DNA from: Bacillota bacterium
GTDB lineage: Bacteria; Bacillota; Clostridia; Christensenellales; SZUA-584
Length of the DNA: 64,000 nt
Direction: 5' to 3'
Assembly (NCBI GenBank): GCA_023415795.1
Contig: JAEZJG010000010.1
Location: forward strand, 10,189 to 74,188
The translations under genes and the position numbers were made by a program. The notes under the pieces were generated by a model. That model did not search any database, was not told the DNA's origin, and saw only the letters and a list, made by a program, of their open reading frames with translations. Below, one piece after another: positions 58,179 to 64,000 of the stretch (the stretch's first letter is position 1; each line of letters starts with the position of its first letter).

Positions 58179-58605
58179 TTTGGCCCCCCTCAAAAAAATG
58201 TGGTATGATGACGGCAAACAGCTCGTCCAATCGCTGAGCCTGACCCGTCAGATGCAGGTATCCGATAACGGCCTCTGCCGCTGTTGCCAGAGAATAATCC
58301 TCGTAGCCCGCGTTTTTGGGCGGCTTGGATTTTGCGTTTTTGCCCAGCTGAAAGATTTCCGCCTCACGCTCCTTGAGCAGCGGCGTCAGCAGCAGTGCAG
58401 CCTTAGCCTGTGCCCGCGCGTTCACCACGCCGGATGCCAGCTTGTGCAGCGCCTCAATCTTTCCCATATTATTCTTCACCAGATAGGCACGCACATACAG
58501 ATCAAAAACCGTATCTCCGATATATGCCAGCGCAATGGGTGAAAGCTCGCGTATTTTGCTGTCCTCCAGCGGGCGCAGCGACGCGCCGAATTTTGCACTA
58601 TTCAC
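58171..58605 (-). CDS. mrnC: Mini-ribonuclease 3
   Basis: LSPIALAYIGDTVFDLYVR motif. 144 aa. 8-nt overlap with thyX. Confidence 0.85.
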   Translation of the reverse strand: MNSAKFGASLRPLEDSKIRELSPIALAYIGDTVFDLYVRAYLVKNNMGKIEALHKLASGVVNARAQAKAALLLTPLLKEREAEIFQLGKNAKSKPPKNAGYEDYSLATAAEAVIGYLHLTGQAQRLDELFAVIIPHFFEGGQNA

Positions 58606-58746
58606 TCGATTATTATATCACAAAAAAGGGACTTCACAATATCCGATAAAACGGGCTGAGAAGCCAATTTATACGTTTGTAAGAATCGTTGCAATTGTAT
58701 AAAAATTTGTTAGATATGACCAAAATGAATTTTTTGTATTTCAATA

Positions 58747-58774
58747 TTGCATTTCTTAAAATAAGTGCTATACT
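58747..58774 (+). promoter_or_regulatory. Sigma-A-type promoter (extended -10) of the amt leader
   Basis: TTGCAT (58747-58752), 16-nt spacer, TGcTATACT (58766-58774). Confidence 0.6.
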
Positions 58775-58904
58775 GGTCGCAAGTGGAAGGTGATTTTTCG
58801 TTGTGTTGTTAGGATTGCTTTTTCCCGACGTTGTGGAGAGCAGATCGGTATAAAGCCGAAAGCCCAAAAGCACAACTATGAATTGGTATCAGATTAAAAT
58901 TAAG

Positions 58905-58947
58905 GCTCAAAGACGACCCGCAATCGTTTTTGAGCTTTATTTTATTT
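58905..58947 (+). terminator. Intrinsic terminator inside the amt 5' leader (attenuator candidate)
   Basis: 12-bp stem GCTCAAAGACGA / TCGTTTTTGAGC with one G-U pair and a 7-nt loop, followed by TTTATTTTATTT. It ends about 20 nt before the amt RBS. Confidence 0.7.
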
Positions 58948-58979
58948 AAAATAAAATTATTATTTGAGGAGGTATGTTT

Positions 58980-60227
58980 ATGGATCAAGGGGTATTTCAC
59001 GGTGATATAGCATGGATGTTGGCATCCTCGGCCTTGGTCTTCATCATGACGCCCGGCTTGGCATTCTTCTACGGTGGTTTGGTCAAACGTAAAAACATCG
59101 TAAACACAATTATGTCATCCGCGCTGCTGATGGGTCTGGGATCAATTTTGTGGGTAGCGTTCGGCTTCTCACTATCGTTCAGCGGCGATACGGCAGGTAT
59201 TATCGGTGACTTCAAATGGGCTTTTTTAAACTTTGACAGCTTGACCGACACAACGCTGGCTTATCCCAATACGCTGACATTCGCGATATTCCAGATGATG
59301 TTTGCAATCATCACACCCGCTCTCATCACTGGCGCAATCGCAGAGCGTATGAAGTTCTCTTCCTTAGTTATTTTTACAACCATCTGGTCAATAATTGTTT
59401 ATTATCCGCTGGCGCACATGGTATGGGGCGGCGGCTTCTTGGCAGACATCGGTGCGGTAGACTTTGCTGGCGGCACAGTGGTTCACATCAGTTCCGGTAT
59501 AAGTGCCCTCGTACTGTCCAAGCTGCTTGGAAAGCGTAAGAACTATGGCTTGGCTACCTATCACCCGCACAACGTACCTTTCGTATTCTTGGGTTCCGCG
59601 CTGTTGTGGTTCGGCTGGTTCGGGTTCAACGCAGGCAGTGCTTGTTCCGCTAACGAGCTGGCTTCCCACGCGTTTATGACAACCAATACGGCGGCAGCCT
59701 GTGCAGCGCTTTCATGGATGTTTATTGAAAAAATTTCTAGCGGAAAACCGACACTTGTGGGTGCCTCCACCGGTATGGTTATCGGTCTTGTGGCAATCAC
59801 TCCCGCGGCAGGTTTTGTGCCGATCTGGGCTTCTATTATCATCGGCAGTCTTGTAAGCCCCATCTGCTACTTCTTTATCACAGTGGTTAAAAGGAAGTTC
59901 CGCTATGACGATGCGCTTGACGTGTTTGGCTGCCATGGTATCGGCGGTATTTGGGGAGCCATCGCGACAGGTCTTTTCGCTCAGACTTCTATCAACTCTG
60001 TGGCTCAAACAAACGGTCTGTTGTTTGGAGATACCTCACTGTTTTTGGCACAGCTGGCGGCAGTGGGCATCACTGTGGTTATCGCTGTGGTGGGTACGCT
60101 GCTCGCAACGGGCGCGGCTTCACTGATCACCAAAGGTATTAAGGTGCCGCAAAAGAGTGAAGAACTGGGTCTTGATATTGCGGAGCACGGCGAATCAGCT
60201 TACCCTGCATTCAATGGTATGGATTAA
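58980..60227 (+). CDS. amt: Ammonium transporter
   Basis: Amt signature DFAGGTVVHISSG and about 11 TM helices. I prefer ATG 58980 (7 nt after GAGGAGG) to ATG 58974 (1 nt after). Confidence 0.95.
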   Translation: MDQGVFHGDIAWMLASSALVFIMTPGLAFFYGGLVKRKNIVNTIMSSALLMGLGSILWVAFGFSLSFSGDTAGIIGDFKWAFLNFDSLTDTTLAYPNTLTFAIFQMMFAIITPALITGAIAERMKFSSLVIFTTIWSIIVYYPLAHMVWGGGFLADIGAVDFAGGTVVHISSGISALVLSKLLGKRKNYGLATYHPHNVPFVFLGSALLWFGWFGFNAGSACSANELASHAFMTTNTAAACAALSWMFIEKISSGKPTLVGASTGMVIGLVAITPAAGFVPIWASIIIGSLVSPICYFFITVVKRKFRYDDALDVFGCHGIGGIWGAIATGLFAQTSINSVAQTNGLLFGDTSLFLAQLAAVGITVVIAVVGTLLATGAASLITKGIKVPQKSEELGLDIAEHGESAYPAFNGMD

Positions 60228-60254
60228 GAAATTCTTGATGAAGGAAGTGTCAAT

Positions 60255-60596
60255 ATGAAAAAAGTAGAAGCATTCATACGTCCCGAGAGGATCGAGGAAG
60301 TAAAAGGTGTGATGGACGCTCTTCACCTGAATGGTCTCACAATATCGCAGGTGATGGGTTGCGGCAACCAGAAGGGGTGGAAAGAGATCGTACGCGGCAC
60401 CGAGATCGACTATAACTTCCTGCCTAAAATCAAAGTCGAAATGGTGGTACTAGACGAGCAGGTGGAAGCGGTAGTGGAAGGAATCATTGAGAAAGTGTAC
60501 ACAGGCGAGTTTGGCGACGGTAAGATATTCGTCTATGATGTTGGTGACGCTGTTCGTATTCGGACAAAAGAACGCGGTGACGCAGCAATCAAGTAA
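60255..60596 (+). CDS. glnK: P-II family nitrogen regulatory protein (amt-linked, GlnK-like)
   Basis: 113 aa: MKKVEAFIRPERIEEV...GDGKIFVYDV...RIRTKERGDAAI. Confidence 0.9.
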   Translation: MKKVEAFIRPERIEEVKGVMDALHLNGLTISQVMGCGNQKGWKEIVRGTEIDYNFLPKIKVEMVVLDEQVEAVVEGIIEKVYTGEFGDGKIFVYDVGDAVRIRTKERGDAAIK

Positions 60597-60640
60597 CAGT
60601 CTTATCAACTAGCTTTTGTGCTATGAGAGATACCTGACAA

Positions 60641-60678
60641 CAAGAAACCGCACAAGTTAATCATTGTGTGGTTTCTTG
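60641..60678 (+). other. 14-bp stem-loop between the two P-II genes
   Basis: CAAGAAACCGCACA / TGTGTGGTTTCTTG with one G-U pair and a 10-nt loop. No U-tract follows. Confidence 0.6.
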
Positions 60679-60761
60679 AACATCAGGGCTTATCGCCTAT
60701 TACAGCAACACGTTCTTTTTTGTATTAGACTCAGGCATATCCGCAAGGGGAGGTGAAAGTA

Positions 60762-61103
60762 ATGAAACATGTGAAGGCCATTATCAGGCCGGAGATGCTG
60801 GAAAACGTAAGGGCTGCTTTAGAGACCGTAGGATGCTATCGCGGTGTTACTGTTTCTGAGGTGATGGGACACGGCACGCAAAAAGGCTTGGATCAGGAAT
60901 GGAACGGAGAAAAATTTCACCTGGATCTTCTTCCCAAAGTAATGCTCGACATGGTCGTGCGGGATGACGAAATGGAGATCATCAAAAAAGCAGTAATCGA
61001 AAGTGCCGGCAAGGGCGATCCCGGTGACGGTAAAATTTTCGTATACGATGTCGCGGAGGTTATCCGTATCAGAACGGGAGAATCCGGCGAAGACGCTCTA
61101 TAG
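60762..61103 (+). CDS. P-II family nitrogen regulatory protein, second divergent paralogue
   Basis: 113 aa from ATG 60762 (behind AAGGGGAGG): MKHVKAIIRPEMLENV...GDGKIFVYDV...RIRTGESGEDAL. Confidence 0.85.
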   Translation: MKHVKAIIRPEMLENVRAALETVGCYRGVTVSEVMGHGTQKGLDQEWNGEKFHLDLLPKVMLDMVVRDDEMEIIKKAVIESAGKGDPGDGKIFVYDVAEVIRIRTGESGEDAL

Positions 61104-61117
61104 TCAGTGTTAAACGA

Positions 61118-61153
61118 AACGCACCCAGCTTCATAAACCGGGTGCGTTTTTTG
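61118..61153 (+). terminator. Intrinsic terminator of the amt-PII-PII operon
   Basis: AACGCACCC / GGGTGCGTT 9-bp stem followed by TTTTT. Confidence 0.8.
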
Positions 61154-61259
61154 TGTCCTCCACATAAATGCAGTGTGTTGCAGACTGTGTCGAAACTTGA
61201 CATAAACGATTGGTTGTTATAGTATTTGTCTGTTTCATATTTTTCTTGGGGTGTGTGGC

Positions 61260-62183
61260 ATGGTTGAACTGAGGGTGGAAAAGGCACGGCACGGTGCCGA
61301 GCTTTATGATGTCTTAACGGAGGCGTGTGCAGAGTTTCCAGAGAAAGCGCGAGCAGCCGCATTTAAAAAAGGCATTATCACGCTGAACGGACAACAGGCC
61401 TTTGGCGATGATATTGTGAGCGAGGGCGATATCGTGCATATATTTGCGCCGCCTGACACGGTGGGTGCCGATCTTACACCGCGCATCGTCTATCAGGATG
61501 AAAACATTATAATCGTCGATAAACCGGCCGGACTGCTCTCCGCTTCCGATTCCGGAGAAGTCAACGCTGTGGACATGGTCACAGACCTCATGAAGAAGCG
61601 CGGAGAATATAGCCTGGAAGCGCTGATGGTGCCCTACCTTATCTATCCGCTGGACAAGTATGTGAGCGGGCTGCTGATGCTGGCCAAGCATGAAGACTCG
61701 TACCTCTTTTTAGTGGAAGCGCTGGCGCAGCGGCGCATCGCACGATACTTCATCTGCCCCGTGGTGGGGCACGCTGAGAAAAAGGCAGAGCTGCTCCACT
61801 ATCACATGCGCGATAAATCGGCTCGCGTCGCGCACATACTGCCCAAATTCAAGAAAGACTCCAAGCCCATCGTGACGCGTTATCAGCGGCTGGCGGAAGG
61901 CGAATCGCTTTCGTTGCTGCGCGTGAGGCCTGTCACCAACGGTCTGCATCAGGTGCGGGCGCATCTCGCCTTTGCCAATCTGCCGGTGCTGGGCGATAAC
62001 ATATACGGCAACAAGCGCTACAACAAAAAAGCAGGTGGCGAGCATATCGCGCTGTGGCTGCACAAGGTGGTGTTCGAGGTGGGCACATCGCACAGCTACA
62101 GCTACCTCAACGGCATGGCCTTTGAGTCGGAAGAATGCAGCTTTCCAAAGCGCGTGTATGACGAAGGTTTGCTGGAGCCGTAA
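61260..62183 (+). CDS. RluA-family pseudouridine synthase with an S4-like N-terminal domain and an atypical catalytic motif
   Basis: The overall sequence is RluA/RluD-like, but the usual HRLD..TSG motif reads YPLDKYVSG. The start (61251 or 61260) is uncertain. Confidence 0.7.
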   Translation: MVELRVEKARHGAELYDVLTEACAEFPEKARAAAFKKGIITLNGQQAFGDDIVSEGDIVHIFAPPDTVGADLTPRIVYQDENIIIVDKPAGLLSASDSGEVNAVDMVTDLMKKRGEYSLEALMVPYLIYPLDKYVSGLLMLAKHEDSYLFLVEALAQRRIARYFICPVVGHAEKKAELLHYHMRDKSARVAHILPKFKKDSKPIVTRYQRLAEGESLSLLRVRPVTNGLHQVRAHLAFANLPVLGDNIYGNKRYNKKAGGEHIALWLHKVVFEVGTSHSYSYLNGMAFESEECSFPKRVYDEGLLEP

Positions 62184-62195
62184 ACACATAACATA

Positions 62196-62242
62196 AAGGC
62201 TGCTTTCGGTGCCTCTCATCGCCCCGAAAACAGCCTTTTTTA
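62196..62242. terminator. Bidirectional terminator between the pseudouridine synthase and radical SAM genes
   Basis: AAGGCTGCTTTCGG ... CCGAAAACAGCCTT stem with one mismatch, flanked by an A-run and TTTTT. Confidence 0.65.
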
Positions 62243-62282
62243 GTATTCTATTATGCATGCCGTATCATCCGCGCATTCGCAA

Positions 62283-62876
62283 TTATTCGATAAAGCTTCT
62301 CACCCGCAGACGTGCACCCACACCCTGGGCAATCGCGCGGCATTTCTCAATCTCATCAGAGCCTATGATGTCCACAACGGACAGCACCGTCTCAATGCCC
62401 TGCTGTGCACAGCGTCGCGCAAAGTCCAGCATCAGCTCATAGGCAGCTTCGCCGTACGCGCTGCGGCAAATCCGATCATACTCCGCCGCGTTTGATGCGT
62501 TGAGGCTGATGGACACCACATCCACCAAGCCCTTGAGACGCGGTGAGATGTCCTCTCCCGCAAACTCGCTGCCCAGCCCGTTCGTGTTCAGGCGCACATG
62601 CACACCACGCTGCTTCAGATAGCGCGCCACCTCCAGCAGCACCTCAATACGCATCGTGGGCTCTCCCAAGCCGCAGAACACCGCCTTCTTCACATCGCGC
62701 AGCTTTTCAAGCTCCGCGATAATGTCTGCCGCCGCCGGATCGCGAACCAGCTTCAGGTCGTAACCGCCCACACCGCAATGCTCGTTTCGCAGGCAAAACG
62801 TGCAATCGTTGTTGCACGCGTTGGTCAGGTTGATGTAGTATGCGCCGTCCATGCTGTAGATATATGTATCGCTCAT
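62283..62876 (-). CDS. TatD-associated radical SAM protein
   Basis: 197 aa with a CNNDCTFC (CX3CX2C) cluster motif. 4-nt overlap with the tatD stop. Confidence 0.7.
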   Translation of the reverse strand: MSDTYIYSMDGAYYINLTNACNNDCTFCLRNEHCGVGGYDLKLVRDPAAADIIAELEKLRDVKKAVFCGLGEPTMRIEVLLEVARYLKQRGVHVRLNTNGLGSEFAGEDISPRLKGLVDVVSISLNASNAAEYDRICRSAYGEAAYELMLDFARRCAQQGIETVLSVVDIIGSDEIEKCRAIAQGVGARLRVRSFIE

Positions 62877-63637
62877 TGTATTCCAAACAGTTCCTTTGCG
62901 TTTCTGATGTTGGTTTCCGCCAGCTCCTCCGGCTTAACTCCCTTAATTTCGGCCAGCTTTTCCAGCACGAGGCGCACGTTTGAAGGGTCGTTGCGCCGCC
63001 CGCGTACCGGCTCTGGCGAAAGATATGGACAGTCAGTCTCGGCCATCAGGCGATCCATCGGTACGACAGCTGCCGCTTCCACCACCTTGCGTGCATTCTT
63101 GAACGTCACAGAGCCCGTGAACGAGATATGCAGCCCCAGCTCCAAACACAGCTCCGCCGTCTCCGCACTGCCGGAAAAACAGTGCATCACACCGCGCGTC
63201 TCCTTGTGCTCCCGCAAAATTGACAGCGTATCCTGTGTGGCCTCACGCATGTGGATAATAACAGGCCGTTCCAGCGCTCGCGCCAGCTCCAGCTGACGGC
63301 CAAACACCTCGCGCTGTACATCGCGCGGAGAAAAGTCGTAATGATAGTCCAAGCCAATCTCACCGATGGCCACCACCTTTGGTTGCGCCGCCAACGTCCG
63401 CAGCCGGTCGATATAGTCCCGCTCGGCCTCAGCCGCTTCGTGCGGGTGCACACCCGCCGCCGCGTATATGAAACCCGTCTGATGCGCCAGCCGTACCGCG
63501 TTTTCGCTGTCCGCTACCGTGGTGCCCACCTCGATCAAGCCGATAACGCCCTGCTGCGGCAGACCCATTATCACCGCTTCCCTGTCCTCGTCAAATCTCT
63601 CGGACAGCAGATGCGCGTGCGTATCGAACAGACGCAT
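62873..63637 (-). CDS. tatD: TatD-family metal-dependent hydrolase/DNase
   Basis: MRLFDTHAHL N-terminus. Start trimmed to ATG 63637, which forms an ATGA overlap with the metG stop. Confidence 0.85.
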   Translation of the reverse strand: MRLFDTHAHLLSERFDEDREAVIMGLPQQGVIGLIEVGTTVADSENAVRLAHQTGFIYAAAGVHPHEAAEAERDYIDRLRTLAAQPKVVAIGEIGLDYHYDFSPRDVQREVFGRQLELARALERPVIIHMREATQDTLSILREHKETRGVMHCFSGSAETAELCLELGLHISFTGSVTFKNARKVVEAAAVVPMDRLMAETDCPYLSPEPVRGRRNDPSNVRLVLEKLAEIKGVKPEELAETNIRNAKELFGIQ

Positions 63638-64000
63638 CACGAAACCTGTGCTCCCGCAGGCAGGCTGCCGTCCAGCGTTACCAAACGCAGCTCGCCGTCC
63701 GATTCCGCCGCCAGCAGCATCCCCTGGCTTTCGATGCCAAACAGCTTGGCGGGCTTTAAGTTCGCGACCACCACAATGGTCTTGCCCGTCATCTGCTCCG
63801 GCGAATACCATTTGCGAATGCCGGACACGATCTGCCGTGTCTCGCTGCCGATGTCCACCTGCATCTTAATCAGCTTCTCGCTGCCTTCAACGGCCACCGC
63901 TTCCTTTACCACGCCCACGCGTAGCGCCACCTTCTTAAAATCGTCGTAGGTTATCACACCCTCGGGCGTTTCCTTCTTCGTCTCCGCTGCTGGCTTTTCC
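63637..64000 (-). CDS. metG: Methionine--tRNA ligase, C-terminal tRNA-binding domain (gene runs off the right edge)
   Basis: ITYDDFKKVALRVGVVKEA...IVVVANLKPAKLFGIESQGMLLAA is a Trbp111/EMAP-like C-terminal domain. The reading frame stays open to position 64000. Confidence 0.8.
   Translation of the reverse strand, partial: EKPAAETKKETPEGVITYDDFKKVALRVGVVKEAVAVEGSEKLIKMQVDIGSETRQIVSGIRKWYSPEQMTGKTIVVVANLKPAKLFGIESQGMLLAAESDGELRLVTLDGSLPAGAQVS

Noticed and set aside
58678-58694. A TnrA/GlnR-like box, TGTAAGAATCGTTGCAA, upstream of the amt promoter.
   Set aside because: The second half-site (TGCAA) deviates from TNACA at two core positions. The site lies about 55 nt upstream of the -35, so I cannot support it as a regulator site by eye.
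58878-58949. A 23-codon ORF (MNWYQIKIKAQRRPAIVFELYFI) spanning the amt leader terminator; considered as a possible leader peptide for translation-coupled attenuation.
   Set aside because: No Shine-Dalgarno sequence lies upstream of its ATG, and it contains no run of regulatory codons. I keep it only as a low-probability alternative within the leader finding.
60255-61103. Interpreting the two P-II genes as NifI1/NifI2 nitrogenase regulators.
   Set aside because: There are no nif genes in the window. Neither protein has the extended T-loop insertion that I associate with NifI2. Both genes sit in an amt operon.
1-64000. CRISPR arrays, rRNA or tRNA genes, and known defence-system genes (nucleases, helicases, reverse transcriptases, toxin-antitoxin pairs).
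   Set aside because: Reading the intergenic regions revealed no regularly spaced repeats and no tRNA-like cloverleaf candidates. Every large ORF has a housekeeping, transport or signalling assignment.

Overview
This is a chromosomal segment of a Firmicutes/Clostridia-type bacterium. Markers for that placement are a glycine T-box leader, a Spo0E-like gene, mini-RNase III, an ECF S-component, YesM/YesN-type two-component systems and anaerobic NrdDG. I call 63 protein-coding genes (2 truncated by the window edges), one T-box riboswitch, and several sigma-A-type promoters and intrinsic terminators. I saw no rRNA or tRNA genes, CRISPR arrays, transposases, integrases or phage genes.

Layout:
- 1-7.5 kb: deoR-deoC plus a glpK / ABC importer / SDR carbohydrate or polyol locus.
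- 7.8-12.3 kb: a very AT-rich sensor kinase / AraC-type regulator / DUF5050 propeller module.
- 12.5-21.7 kb: a YtfQRT-YjfF-like sugar ABC importer next to a three-component sensor (binding protein + kinase + AraC regulator).
- 22-64 kb: mostly GC-rich housekeeping genes (panT-coaX-hom, secDF, rarA, rplM-rpsI, a glycolipid synthesis pair, flotillin-NfeD, nrdDG, rbsK, RNA-modification enzymes, glyQS, ndk, ABC-F, mrnC-thyX-rlmB, amt-PII-PII, tatD, metG).

I did not find a convincing novel multi-gene defence or mobile system. The items most worth follow-up are:
- a promoter plus terminator-containing leader of unassigned class upstream of amt-PII-PII;
- a 27-nt terminator duplicated around a highly structured ~150-nt segment downstream of rpsI;
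- the AT-rich kinase/regulator/DUF5050 module;
- tail-to-tail gene pairs with no room for terminators.

All homology statements come from reading the translated ORFs by eye. No database search was run.
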